A stretch of DNA of 61,635 bases, filler included, from Basidiobolus ranarum (Eukaryota): assembly GCA_040143965.1 (NCBI GenBank). It is 10 parts of 10 records of this genome, joined end to end, with 100 filler letters (N's around TTAATTAATTAA, not from the genome) between each part and the next. Parts side by side here need not be neighbours in the genome. Positions count along the whole stretch, not along the records: positions 1 to 6,085 come from JASJQH010001414.1; positions 6,186 to 12,267 come from JASJQH010001415.1; 8 more parts are not named here. One strand, 5' to 3'. This document shows positions 1 through 12,367 of this stretch, piece after piece. The notes below the pieces were generated by a model. That model made no database searches and was not told the DNA's origin. It worked only from the letters and a program-made list of their open reading frames with translations. Position 1 is the stretch's first letter. Each line of letters starts with the position of its first letter. Both the position numbers and the translations under genes were made by a program.

Positions 1-2
1 CC

Positions 3-1283
3 GAGGAAGTAGAAGAGCCAGTTGTCTTCACAGATGACGACTTGTCAATTATCCTTGAACATTGCAAAGGCTTAGAATATCTCTGTATTGGATATGGTCC
101 TGAATTCATCGGTTCCGGTGCTCTATTAAACATGTCTACCCCCGAGACTAACCATTCTCCTCTTCGTGGTCCTGCTTTCTTGAGCGATTCTATTTTAGAG
201 CGCATCACCGAACTTAAAGACCTTAAAGTATTAAATTTATATGGTTGTGACAATCTCAGTCATGATACTGTAGCCGCCATTGGTCGTAGCTGTATCAATC
301 TTAGAGAGCTCTGTATTGACGGTGATGAAGAGGAAGAAGAAGAAGAGGATGAGGAAGAAGGTCAAGCTGCCGAGAAAGAGGAAACTGTTGAAGAGAGTGA
401 AGACAGAGAGTGGACCAAGGAAGATTGGGAATCATTCCAAAACCTTGAAACACTTTGCGCTGATGGAGTTGATTTCTCCCTTATCTGTGAACTTCCCAAA
501 CTCAACAGAGTTCAAGTAAACCCCTTCGGTGACTCCGAAGACTTGAAGACTTTCATCCAGTCACACAAGGATAACCTTCGTTACCTCAATGTATTCGAGG
601 AATGTGCCCCTCTTGGTGATGATGAATCTGGCCCTAGCCAGAGATTGCCTTTGGATATTCTCTTGTGTCCTAAGCTTGAGTCATTCAACATGAACTTGTT
701 CGACCAGGAACAAGTCCACTCATCTGGTTTCTTAACCAAATTGGCAGAGTCACTTCCTAACCTTAAGCACCTCGAAGTCGCATACGATTTGCCTATTGAG
801 GAGATCGCTCAATCTCTTGCCTCCAAGTTCAGCAACCTCGAGAGTCTCGTTTGGGAGTCTGATGAAATCACTGATGATGTAGTAAGCACAATTGCCGTTT
901 CCTGTAAACAATTACGCAACCTTCATCTCTCATTTGGTCATCAAATCACTGAGGCTGGTGTTGTTTCCATCGCTGAGAATCTCAAGTCTTTGGAGCAATT
1001 GACTCTTCAAGAGCTGACCCCCACTGGTCTCAAAGCTTTGAAGGCCAATTGTCATCAGATGCGTGAGCTCGGTGTCCTTCAGTGTAACGATGTAGGTCCC
1101 GAGGATGTTATTGATCTTTTGGAAGGCTTCCCCTCAATGCAAAATCTTTGCATTACTGGTGAAATTGGTGAAGGTATCTTGAAGATCATTATGGATCAAG
1201 TCCCTGAAGTCCACTACCATGTTCCTGACGATCATGAGCACGGACATGAACACGAGCACGGAGATTGCGGCTGCGAGCATTAG
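3..1283 (+). CDS. RNI-like leucine-rich-repeat protein (F-box/LRR-type), 5' truncated by contig start
   Basis: Frame open from nt 3 to TAG at 1281-1283. Repeated LxxLxL..C..I(T/S)D motifs (LKVLNLYGCDNLS, CKQLRNLHLSFGHQITEAGV), acidic run, His/Cys-rich tail. Confidence 0.75.
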   Translation, partial: EEVEEPVVFTDDDLSIILEHCKGLEYLCIGYGPEFIGSGALLNMSTPETNHSPLRGPAFLSDSILERITELKDLKVLNLYGCDNLSHDTVAAIGRSCINLRELCIDGDEEEEEEEDEEEGQAAEKEETVEESEDREWTKEDWESFQNLETLCADGVDFSLICELPKLNRVQVNPFGDSEDLKTFIQSHKDNLRYLNVFEECAPLGDDESGPSQRLPLDILLCPKLESFNMNLFDQEQVHSSGFLTKLAESLPNLKHLEVAYDLPIEEIAQSLASKFSNLESLVWESDEITDDVVSTIAVSCKQLRNLHLSFGHQITEAGVVSIAENLKSLEQLTLQELTPTGLKALKANCHQMRELGVLQCNDVGPEDVIDLLEGFPSMQNLCITGEIGEGILKIIMDQVPEVHYHVPDDHEHGHEHEHGDCGCEH

Positions 1284-1540
1284 GATTGTTGCAATCTATG
1301 TCACTCTAAAAAGTAACACCCGGGTTCACTCGAAATGTACATTATTTTTTATTTATGTTCCCAGTTTGATGTCAAGGGCTAGGTCCAGGGAACAATAGCT
1401 ACTTAATGTTATCGACAGTCAACAAATAAACTTGCTGATAGAATATTGTATATAGTGTCATGGACTACGTATTGAAGTATCATTTATTAGTCTAAAAAGA
1501 TGGCCAATATCGGTTACATTCTATTTTCTATTGAAACCCA

Positions 1541-2973
1541 TTATTTCTCAACTAAACTGTACAAAAGCTCTATTTCCTGGGCATATCCAGCATCCCCACT
1601 AAAGGGAGTTTCTAAAACCATGGGAATTCCGTCCAATCGAACATCATTCATAATGAATTTGAAGGCATCCAAGCCAATGTATCCTTTTCCGATTAGCTCG
1701 TGACGATCCTTTTTAGAACCCAATTCGGTTTTGGAGTCATTTAGATGAAGGCCTCGTAGGTACTTGAAGCCAACAACCTTTTCAAACTCATCCATGACTT
1801 GTTTGTACGTCTCTTTAGTCCTCAGATCGTATCCAGCGGCAAATGCGTGGCATGTGTCAAGACAAACACCAACACGAGCTTTATCCTTCACCAGATCGAT
1901 AATCGATCGAAGCTCTTCAAATTTCGACCCAATGACATTTCCACTTCCCGCCTATTGAATAGTATTAATGGCACAGCCCGAAGGTTGAAAATAATGCACA
2001 CATACCATGTTTTCAAGCACACAGACCACTGACTTCGTTTCCTGATGCGCCTTATTAATTCCATCGGCAATGAAATGAATGGACTCTGCGCTTGTACACT
2101 TCCCGATTGTGGAACCAGGGCTAGATATCCATCAAAAGCTGAATATTTGCTGTAAACCATAGTCTTTATATGATCACTACTTACTGGAAATTGTACAACT
2201 TTAAGCCTAGCTGTTCGCATCTTTTTAAGTCGTCCAAAAATGCCTTATAAGAAAGGTCGCGTTTGTCGCCATCGGGGTTTCCCAAATTGACTAGATAGCT
2301 TCCATGAGGTAGTATTTGATTGGAGGAATACGTAAAATTCTTTAAAGCTTTATGAAAAGTTGATATCTGCTCTTCTGTATATTCGGGTGAATTCCATTTG
2401 CGCTGAGACTTTAAAAATAACGCAAATGCCTGGCCACTGCATAAATAGTTAATTTAGTGAAGTAGTGAAGATATATGAAGTAGATTACCCTATTTGGTGT
2501 GCGTTATAAATCGAATTATATACACCCTTGGCGGCACTTACATGAGCTCCAACGAGTTTTTTCGCCGTAAAGTTTCGAAGGAGAAGTGGTGTAACACTTT
2601 CAAGTGACTTAATGGAAGGCATGGTTTTGTGTGAAACTTCGGGAGAAGATTAAAAGCTTGTTCAAAGTAAAGTTGCTAAAAAGTAAGCTTTACCTTTTTT
2701 ATCTTTTTCTGGAGGCAGCAGTAGATTTTTGTTCTCTTGCTTAGGTTGAGCAGAATTGTTGGATAGTTTGTCTTCTTCCTCGACACTTTCTGAAATGAGA
2801 TCAGTTTTTTTGACTCTTGCTTTTTTTATATTCTGTCTTGAAACGTTAGACTTTGTCGTTCTTTTCGTTACTTTCTGACTGTATGTTTTTTCTTCTTGAG
2901 ACTCTGATTCCTCCAACTGGATTTGGATTCTTTCTTTATTTGATAGACGTTGAGAACGTCTGACGGAGAACAT
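1541..2973 (-). CDS. APN1: AP endonuclease 1 (endonuclease IV family), multi-exon
   Basis: Spliced exons give [89 protein letters not shown]. Basic N-terminal extension; GT-AG introns. Confidence 0.93.
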
Positions 2974-3446
2974 TGATTATAATTGAAGCTCATGCATGAT
3001 TTTCTATCTGTATTTCATGATTCCTTGCTGCTTTCCGAGACTGTGAAGTGAGATTTCAAAAAAAAAGGTAGATTCATTGATCCAACTGTGACAATATAAC
3101 TAGGCAATCAAATACGCAGCAGTTTGATCTACAATGATAATAGTCATGAAATTGAAACCGCATCAATAGATAATATCTACTTTACATTTTCAATCCTACA
3201 AGAAATTACCGAATTTGTGGCATATTTTAATACTATTGAGGGATTGGATGAATTGGAAGGCTTAGAGACGGACTAGTAATATCCCTAGGAACACAAGTCA
3301 CTATATGCTTATGAGTTGAATGAATTCTTCCTTTCTTCTACAAGTCAACACTACTATTTAATTTATTTTTCAATTTTCTTGATTTTACTTTCTCACTTGA
3401 CCTTTGTGCTGGATACAATATTTTCGTTCAGAAGTTAATATTAAAA

Positions 3447-4486
3447 ATGCTACAAACAGATCGCGACAATTGGCTTTGGAGTTTGCGCATCGTTTCAGTT
3501 GCCCTCGCTTGTAGCTCTTGGGCTAAAGGTATTTATTCAAAGGGGCTTCACAACAATGATTTATTAATACTTATTTACCTCTAATACGATTTTTGAAGCA
3601 TCGGTTCTTCAACACCATGGGTATTTTTTTAGACGTCAATTATTAACTGAAGACGAAAAACGGATTTTTACTTTCTATCATTTAACGGTATGTTTATTTT
3701 ACTTTGAGAGTATTATTTCCAATATTAATCTTCTCAAAAAATCACTCTTAGCTTGCTTATGGTGTCTTACGTTGGATGCGCCATAAAGTAAGTCCAATAA
3801 TATATAAATTATTCGATATATCCTAAATATTCTACCTTCCCCAACTTTTACTCTTAAAATCGCTATTATAGTTACGAAAACTCCCGAAACCACCGTTGAG
3901 TTTAATTCGACAAGGAAAAATATCCCATACGATGATTCCATCGCTGACTGCTTTAACATGTTCAGCTGTGGTATTTGATGAGTTAATCCATTTACTCCTC
4001 TTGAACACTATCTGTCGACGCCGGTCAAAGATCACATTAATCGGAAGACCAGCCCCACCAGGTACCACCGATGCTGACTGTTGTATATGTTATGGTGCTG
4101 GAATAAGGGACCAACGTAACGCTTGGGAACCAACTTCAGAAACCGAAAATTCAGTCATCAGTAGTGATGATACTTCATTTGTATCAAATGAATTATACAA
4201 CTTTTGTAAAGTAGCCCAACACGTAGCACATCGCCCGTGTATTAAAGTATGGTGGGAATCTGGGCCTGGAGATAGAACATGTCCGTATTGTAGGCAACCG
4301 CTAATGGTAGAGATAGTGGAGAGCAATTATAGAGAAAGTAATTGGAATGTCATTGTATCAAGATGGGTTGACGAAATGTGGTATCTTTGGGATTGGCGGT
4401 CAATGATTTTTAGAGGACTACTTACTGCTGGCTGTGTTGTTTCTCTCTGTGGCGCTTCAGGATTGCAAGCTTTCATATCTGGTTAA
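3447..4486 (+). CDS. Membrane-associated RING-H2-like zinc-finger protein (putative E3 ligase), 4 exons
   Basis: ATG at 3447 and three GT-AG introns that keep frame into the 3896 ORF. CICY...C-x4-H-x2-H-x2-C...CPYC motif flanked by hydrophobic segments. Confidence 0.7.
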
Positions 4487-5437
4487 CAGTCTTGTCAATT
4501 TAGTATATATCCGGTAGCATCGACTTTCATCAGGCTTATAATGAGATATACTTGTCAATATCTAAATTCTGTTCAAAAAAATAACAGTCGTTAATATGCG
4601 TAAGAGTGATAAGTAATATATCGTTTCGTTAGTATTAGTATTACCTTCAATGTTCATAAAATAAAACAATCTAACTTGTTTGTACATTTAATATTCGTAA
4701 GATAGAGCTTCAATATTGATCATATTGAGAATGAAGTCGAGATACTATCACTCGTTATTAAAACACAGTCATCTCAATGCCAAACGATCGAGTCTGTATT
4801 ATATATAGGAAAAATGGTTATATTTAGATACCTAATTGCTGATATTAACATACCTGAGTGATAGTCTTCGCATATATATATGTAAATAGATAACCTTTTA
4901 CTGGTCAGTGGTAGTTCATTGTGTAAATACATGAACTCTACCAATGTACAAGCTATCCTCTCTAAGATCAGACTAAAGGTGCTACATAGCTTAGCACTAA
5001 AATAAATTATTTATTCTGCTCATCAGGAATTTGGAAGCTTTTACAGGTTTAATTTATTGTATGTCCATTCTTGTACAAATAACAAACGTGGTTCACTTCG
5101 TGATAGAGAACATAAAAGTGTTTTTTTTAAAAACCTTTCTATTCATTGTGAATGTAAACTGGTTGAAATAGCATACACTAGGCTATACTGATTAGTAAAG
5201 AGCAGTATCTTGCCGGTATCGTTTATGGATAGGATTTCTTAACAGTTTTATGATTTCTCAATACTTATTGAAAATTGGTTAATTATGCTATAGAGTATAT
5301 CAAAGTAAATAGTTGATTAAATAGCGTTTTATTTATGGTAACGTGAACTGCAAGATACACTATTCATAAATATCTACGCAGACAAGGAAATACAGTATCA
5401 TAAGCGTGGTTAGAGTTTGATCGCGAAACTAAGCTTT

Positions 5438-6085
5438 TTAAATACTTCTACGACCGTGCCTGCTGCCATATCCACCATATTCACCATTTTGCTCATATGG
5501 ACTACGTCCGTTATAGCCGGTTGGTGGGCTGCTGGGAGGATTAGATGGGTAGCCAGGTGGATTAGAAGGCTGACATGTGGTACAGGGAGGCTTCTGGGTT
5601 GATGGAGGTTGGTATGAGGGTATCTCGGGTGTTGCAGGATAGCCTGGGGGTTTGACGTTACCTGGAGGTCTGTTGTAACCAGGAGGTCTATTATAACCCG
5701 GGGGTCTGTTGTAACCAGGTGGTCTATTGTAACCCGGGGGTCTGTTGTATCCTGGGGGTCTGTTGTATCCTGGAGGTCTATTGTATCCTGGAGGTCTGTT
5801 ATAATTAGGTGGTCTGTTGTATCCTGGGGGTCTGTTGTAACCAGGAGGTTTGTTACCGCCCGGAGGCTTATCACCACCAGGAGGTTTGCCATAGCCAGGA
5901 GGTCTGTCGCCACCGGGGGGTTTGCCGTCACCAGGAGGTTTGTCACCACCAGGAGGTTTGTCGCAGCCAGGAGGTTTGCCACTACCGGGAGGTTTATCAC
6001 TACCAGGAGGTTTGTCGCCACCGGGAGGCTTACCACCACCAGGGGGTTTGTCGCCACTAGGAGGTTTGCCATAGCCAGGGGGTTT
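5438..6085 (-). CDS. Pro/Gly-rich hexapeptide-repeat protein, C-terminal part (5' end lost at contig edge)
   Basis: Stop-free frame missed by the ORF track: about 25 x 18-bp repeats encoding (K/R)PPG(G/Y/S)(D/N/G), then ...KPPCTTCQP...YGGYGSRHGRRSI-TAA (5438-5440). Confidence 0.8.
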   Translation of the reverse strand, partial: KPPGYGKPPSGDKPPGGGKPPGGDKPPGSDKPPGSGKPPGCDKPPGGDKPPGDGKPPGGDRPPGYGKPPGGDKPPGGNKPPGYNRPPGYNRPPNYNRPPGYNRPPGYNRPPGYNRPPGYNRPPGYNRPPGYNRPPGYNRPPGNVKPPGYPATPEIPSYQPPSTQKPPCTTCQPSNPPGYPSNPPSSPPTGYNGRSPYEQNGEYGGYGSRHGRRSI

Positions 6086-6185
6086 NNNNNNNNNNNNNNN
6101 NNNNNNNNNNNNNNNNNNNNNNNNNNNNNTTAATTAATTAANNNNNNNNNNNNNNNNNNNNNNNNNNNNNNNNNNNNNNNNNNNN
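6086..6185. other. Artificial contig spacer (44N-TTAATTAATTAA-44N); same at 12268-12367, 18448-18547, 24625-24724, 30801-30900, 36975-37074, 43147-43246, 49317-49416, 55477-55576
   Basis: Identical 100-nt linker with six-frame stops. Segment lengths fall monotonically (6085, 6082, 6080, 6077, 6076, 6074, 6072, 6070, 6060, 6059). Confidence 0.99.
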
Positions 6186-6560
6186 GAGGTTCTGGCCTAT
6201 CTTTGACAATATATCAATGTATTCATTGCGAGTCTCTGATGACTCATTAGCATCCAACCACTGCTGAGATGGGTTACATAGCGAAGGGAGATGCGCGGAT
6301 GACAGTTAAGAACCCAAGAGGAAATTTGTTCACTTATTTGCTCAGGCCTGGAGATATTTATTTTATTCCTTGTGCATACTCACACCTTATTGAAATTATT
6401 GGTGATCAGGACATCCCCTTTCTTATGTTCTTTGACCAGAACACTTATTACCCCAAGAGACTAACATCCGCGGATTTCATTGATGGATTCAGTAATAAAC
6501 ACGAGTTGACTTGGGGGTACAGGGTTAGGTTCAAAATCTGCGCATAAACGAATTGATGCT
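6186..6560 (+). pseudogene. Oxalate-decarboxylase-like cupin pseudogene (C-terminal cupin domain)
   Basis: WPIFDNISMYSLRV...H*HPTTAEMGYIAKGDARMTV...GDIYFIPCAYSHLIE. The HWHP motif Trp is TAG (6248-6250), the MREP segment is deleted, and the 3' end is degenerate. Confidence 0.75.
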
Positions 6561-7131
6561 ATGAACATTGTTTGGTCTTTAAAAATGATTACTCATATCT
6601 GTGTTTTCCTCGAGATGGCCACCTTTTTAATTAAAGGGGGTAGAGAGAAATCTCAACATCCATTCCAGGTGAAGCTCTCTTCACTTACTGATAGCCAATT
6701 GGTGATATTATTGGTTACACCATCCATCAAAGATCCTACTTCTGTGCATCAATAGTCAATTCTTCGAGCATTACTCTTAACAATGATGGCGGTTTACGAC
6801 TGATATACTTATGTTACATGTTGATTTACGCTTTCTGTTGTTATCCTTATAATAACAAATATATGTATCAAAATGAGCTCTATTCAAGGGAATATCTCTG
6901 GCAGCTTGACCAATTGAGTACATGGTGATAAATTGAAATCAGGCAGTACCAAAATCTTTCAAATTGCACTAAAAGTTGGTAGAACCAAAATTTCAGACAC
7001 ACATCTGTGGTCTATTACATTGAATGGAGCGCGCTTTGTTGTATACACTACTACTTATTATTTGAGAAATAGCATGTCTCTTTCAACTTTTATTTCTGAT
7101 CACATCATTTTCCCCCTAATATCTAATGAAT

Positions 7132-7950
7132 TATGAAAATGTTAGAAGAAAATATTACTTCAGGAGTCACTTTCAAAGCATTGATTGCAGAGAAATAGCA
7201 TTTTCTGGCATCCGATTTAACAATCCAATGACTCGGGTTCTACTTGTCGGCTTTGTATGATTTTGCTTTCCTGGTATGTTCAATGTCATCAATGGTATAG
7301 GCGGTGGTGGTCTAAAGAATGCTACTATTGCCAAGAATGGTCATGTTGCTCTTTACACTACTTTTGCTATCTTCGGTGTCTTTGGTGGTGGCTTTTATAA
7401 CACTCCGGGTGGTGGTATGTCTTCTACTTGGTGGTTGCAGTTATGCACTCTATGCCGGTTCATTACTTTACTGCAATCATCACGTAAATCAAATTGAGGC
7501 AGGGATTTAGTAGAGCTCTTTACGGCTTATATGGTGTCTTCATTATTATCACAGCTGTTTGGGGTGGTGGCTTGGCTCTTCAACCTCAATATACTCGTGA
7601 ATCTCTGACAGGTAAGCCTACAATCGATTTCATCGAGAACCCTGGGGCTTTCTGGACCAAATAGGCGCTGCTTCCTGTACGGATTACTTGATGCTGCCAC
7701 TTAAACATATGCCTAGTGGTTGATAGGTAGCTTGACCAATGGTTCTACTGTACTTGCTCGCTATTCCGGTTATTAAAGGGAATTCAATCAGCTGGTGTTG
7801 CCATTGCATGGAGAATTGAACACCCTACATGGTTGAATTTATCATTTGTTGGGCTCTTTTAGCTGCATGCTTCCCATCACTTAGTTTGTTGCTCGTAATG
7901 TGACGGAAACATCAAAGCGTGATATTGAGAAGCAAGACGCCATGTAGCCG
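7132..7950 (+). pseudogene. UNC-93-like (DUF895) MFS transporter pseudogene
   Basis: LVGFV*FCFPGMFNVINGIGGGG..ALYTTFAIFG..GIQSAGVAIAWRI with in-frame stops (e.g. TGA 7258-7260), frameshifts and deletions. Confidence 0.75.
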
Positions 7951-8099
7951 GGGGTTTCGCTCTAATACACATAGACTGAAGTTTCACCCTATGATAGATA
8001 TATACTGTATAATATTTACTAGATTCCATTATAACATTTAGTAGTAGTCACAATAATTCATATTCGTGTATAATAAATCACAAAAAAAACAGACTTTGA

Positions 8100-8420
8100 A
8101 AGTTTTATGGCCCACGATATCGAAGATACGAGAAATTCCTAGCGGAATTAGCCTCCATATGTTGTAAGGTATCGCTGATTTGTTGATAAACAGGTATATT
8201 ACTAGAGAGAATAAATTTACACCGCTTCTGTATTGCTCAAGTATTAAACTCGGTTACGGCTAAAATATCTCCAATTTGAAGTTGTACGTACTGCTTGACC
8301 TTCTTCCAAAATTAGAGACATTTGATGCTCTTACTCACCCGAGTAAACGCAGCATATATGATATCATGAAATCTCGGCATTTTGCTCATATCCAGTTTTA
8401 CTTTTCGGAACAGTAGAACA
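8100..8420 (+). pseudogene. Possible DnaJ-domain gene remnant
   Basis: LETFDALTHPSKRSIYDI resembles J-domain helix III/IV; no intact HPD or open frame. Confidence 0.35.
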
Positions 8421-9454
8421 CCTCAACAGAAACATGATTTCTCAAAAAATAAGACAATTTGGCAACTATAACCGAGCATTATCAAGAAGTCAACTATTTC
8501 ACGCTTATTTCGAGGGGTTGCTGCTCTCGGCAACGGAGGGTTAAAGAGTAAGGTGAGCTTATATAAGAGTATGGTGAGCTACATTGCCAATAAAGGGAGA
8601 CATAACGTCCACGTTTTGTTGACGAATTGCACTATTATGAGGTATAATTATTGCGTTGCATATAAAGGTGTTTAAATGTAGTTTTGTATCAAATTCTAAT
8701 ATTGGGTTACCGCTATTTGAATTTTTAAATTCTTTTTAGTTGCGCTTCTTTATTATAAGCATCATTTTACTCGGGTACTTCACTCTACAGCAACACCATA
8801 TAATCATATCAAACTTAGTCTTGTCTACAAAAAGAATTACCTAAAAGCTGTTGCTTCAATAAAGCTTAATATCAAGTCCTTACTTGTACAGATACCATTT
8901 TAAAACCACGATCGAACAGGTAGGCAAAATGAAATTGATGTGTCCAAAATAAGTATCTCACCCTTGAATAGTATGCAGGGTTTAATAAACTAATTTTCGG
9001 CCTCCAGTGCGTGTTGCAGTATGTGACACCGAGATATCGAAATCTCTTTTACCACAGAGTAACTCATCACAATGAATTACTATGGTTTTAACGACTGACA
9101 TGTGAATTGAAAATTTAACTACTGCTATGGGGTCTAAAATATTAGTTTGTACACTACTAGAAACTTTTTCCTTTTCTTGAGTATCAGTGTGAGCGTTACT
9201 AAGTTCCTATCTCTATATACAGTAAATCTAGGGGGTTGAACGTGCTATGAAAACTCTGTTCAACTCGGGTGTACTACTTGGTTGTAACACAAAATTTATT
9301 AAATCTTTTTTTCATTAATCCCGTTCGTAAGCTAAGGATTGTAGAACCGAGAATTGAGAATGTAAAGCCGAGAATTGAAAATGTATAAAAGTGGGCCATA
9401 TAAAACTTCAGTAGTACAATAAACTCCCATTCTCTAACCAACCCACTGAAAGAA

Positions 9455-9881
9455 ACGAAAAGCTGGACTATTCTCGTTGGTTTGACCTTTTTGCTCTTAC
9501 AAGTGATACTGGCTATTGTTGGTCAGGACGCTAACTATGTACAGTGTACTAGTAGACCACAAAACAAAGTGAAGCCCTCTTGTAAAACCGGTGAATGTGA
9601 AGCCCGCAAAAGTGGTATCTGATAATGATGACCTTCAAAAAATGTTTGCTCTTGTCAATCAGCAGCGTCAACAAAATGCCATTAAACCACTTGAACTCAA
9701 CAGCCGCTTGGTGCAAGCAGCTCAGAGACATACCGATTATCAAGCCCGTGTCAGCCAAATGACTCACGATGGACCCGGGAGACCATTGAGTACTCGTGTT
9801 TCTGAAACTGGATTCAATTGGAGAGCCATCGGAGAAAATGTGGCAATGGGCTACACTAATATCGATACAGAAACACCTTAG
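9455..9881 (+). pseudogene. Secreted CAP/SCP-domain protein pseudogene
   Basis: Signal peptide starts at ACG (9455) instead of ATG. Frameshift near 9580. CAP motifs LVNQQR..LNSRLVQAAQRH..MTHDG..AIGENVAMG, then a stop before the WMNSPGH motif. TATAAAA near 9384. Confidence 0.7.
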
Positions 9882-11479
9882 CTCAAAAGCGTTGCAATAA
9901 ACTGAGTTATCATAAAAACGGAAGAGTAGTCAAGATCGCATTGATTTCTTTTAAGCAATAATTTGGCTGCAAAGGGCGTAGGTTTCAGGGTAGGAATCTT
10001 TTTCTAGCCATCTTATGTTCATATTTAGATGTCACTTGTCTACTCCAAATGCGACAACACAATACACCAACCAGATAAAGCAGGTGAGCATTCAATGAAT
10101 GTTTCAGTAAATAGTAAAAATAGGATTTCTCTTACTTACCGTTAGGATTCTATATAACGATGTAGCCTAACCTACAGCCACAGCTTTGTATGCAATCTCA
10201 AAATTTCAAACAGCAAGCAAATCCGTCACTCATATATATCTCGCTTCAGGGCTAGTATTGACCATGAAGATAGTCTCTACATGGAGTTGTGCCCTTCCTG
10301 TATGCATATTTCGAGTAATATATTTGAATAAACGAAACACGAGTCATTTTGATCTGACATTTTTATTATCACCATTAGATTAGTACTCAGACTTATTCCT
10401 CGCATAAGTCTTACTTACTAAGATTCTCTAATCAGAACAATAAACAGTCTGCAAGCATTGAGACTCAACCGAGTCAGTTCCATTACTCAAGCAAGTTTTT
10501 ACTACCGATATCAGAAAGTATGATAATCTGAATGCTACAATTATTCACGGTCAAAGAAATTCTAGCCTCAGGTATCAATCCAGTCCTAGCCTTGAGGTTG
10601 AAAGTAGCAGTTAAAGATCTGACCGAAGCTTTGAAATGGAGAGTAATGCTACAAATTCCGACCGGGGAGATGTTTCAGAATCCAGGTCCAATGAAGATAG
10701 TATTACACTTAGGGACTAATATTTTACCTACGCCCGATTAAATACCCCAAGCAGATTAGAATCCTGACCAAGTTCTAAAATACCAATTACTTTTCACAGT
10801 TAAAGCCCAGTCACGTAGCTTTGATAATGCATATAGGTTATTGTATGTTTTAATTTGATAACGAGCTGTCAGAATGTGTGAACTGTCCTCGTCTGGTTTT
10901 TGGAATAATCAACTGGAAATACTCAAAGGCTCTTAAGAACCAAACGAGTTAATTCCACACTTTGTTTACGGACAGCGTACTATTCCTCATCCACTAGCTT
11001 GGTATTACTACTTTTGATAATAAGTCCAGAATACCTGATACATATGCCATTTAGATGAAAATAATAATATCTATGTGGCCTTACACTAGCCGCCCAATTG
11101 TGAGAAGGATATGAGCTTTGCATTGTTTGCTCGATTCTGTTCCATAGTAGCTTTAAATCGCAGTTAAAACTGCTAGTAATTCCCAGAACACATTGCACAT
11201 CAAATACATCACTTCATTTTTGTATATACCAAGCCCATAGTTGCGATTTGTCATAAAGGAACTAAACACAGGAGATCCGAAAATATACGCCAAAAACCTG
11301 CAAAAATATCCCACACAACAGATATACTTAAATTGCTATTACAATTTATCAGTAAACCTGGTCCTGAAAGTGTACTCAGCTCTGAATCAAAATTTGGCGT
11401 TCCTACTGCTTATATAGATTACTGATTAATCTACTCTTAGACGATCTTCTACCTCGTTATCTCCCGGTTAAGCTCTTGA

Positions 11480-12267
11480 TACAAGTCCCTGGCGATTAGG
11501 TCACAAAAGGCTGGATCAAGAAGATTCCTTTATTGATAGTTATAGACATTTGTATTTACACAAACCGGTTGTGCTACAAGAAGGTGTCATAGAACGTTTG
11601 TTCGGCTATAATAGGTTGATTGTCAGGTTTGTACGAACCTGGGCAATGTCTTACTTACTAGTTATTACTTGTTGGCACAGATGCCACAGACAAAGGATCG
11701 CAGTTACTACCAGCTAAAGCGTTAGCTTCAATAGCGGATCCTTCAATTTCATTTCAATTGGTTAACATCGAAGCTTTGAACATAACGACGATGGTTTTGA
11801 AAGTTCGTCAAACGATAGTACAAGAAAGCTGGAAGTTCGACATCTTTCGGAATATCGAACCGAAGGCGACATTGTGAAATCATCTCGTTGTTGGGGTTCG
11901 CTCCAGTAGGAGGACCTTGTTCTGCACGACATTGCGGTATGGCGATTTTACTATAATCAGTGAAAGAAGCGGAGAAGTTGGATTTGGGCACGCTTTGAAA
12001 TTGAGCGCTGACATTGGCGCAAGTAGTATAATCTATTACTAATTTGTTAACCTGTTAAAGAAAAACAAGGTCAAAAATGGCAAATGTACACAGATGAGAC
12101 TATGAATACCGACATTATCACTAGCACCACCGATGAGAGTGAAAATAATTCCCACAATAAATAAAGTAAGAACAGTTTTGGGTGTTAGAATAAGTTGCCA
12201 TGCCTTTAATCTCTGTTGCTTAAAAGCGGTGTCTATTGAAATAGAATACAGTAAATAATATGTAGAA
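11480..12267 (-). pseudogene. CDC50: CDC50/LEM3 flippase beta-subunit pseudogene
   Basis: TAFKQQRLKAWQLILTPKTV, IDYTTC, FLYYRLTNF-QNHRRYVQSFD (Tyr deleted), then a stop and frameshift after NQLK, and CDPL in another frame. Confidence 0.8.
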
Positions 12268-12367
12268 NNNNNNNNNNNNNNNNNNNNNNNNNNNNNNNNN
12301 NNNNNNNNNNNTTAATTAATTAANNNNNNNNNNNNNNNNNNNNNNNNNNNNNNNNNNNNNNNNNNNN

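Noticed and set aside
5410-6072. ORF-track proteins at 5410-6072 (-), 5417-5602 and 5809-6060 (+)
   Set aside because: Alternative-frame shadows of the 18-bp repeat gene.
5640-6085. Possible CRISPR-like array
   Set aside because: Contiguous coding tandem repeats with no unique spacers; eukaryotic context; no cas genes.
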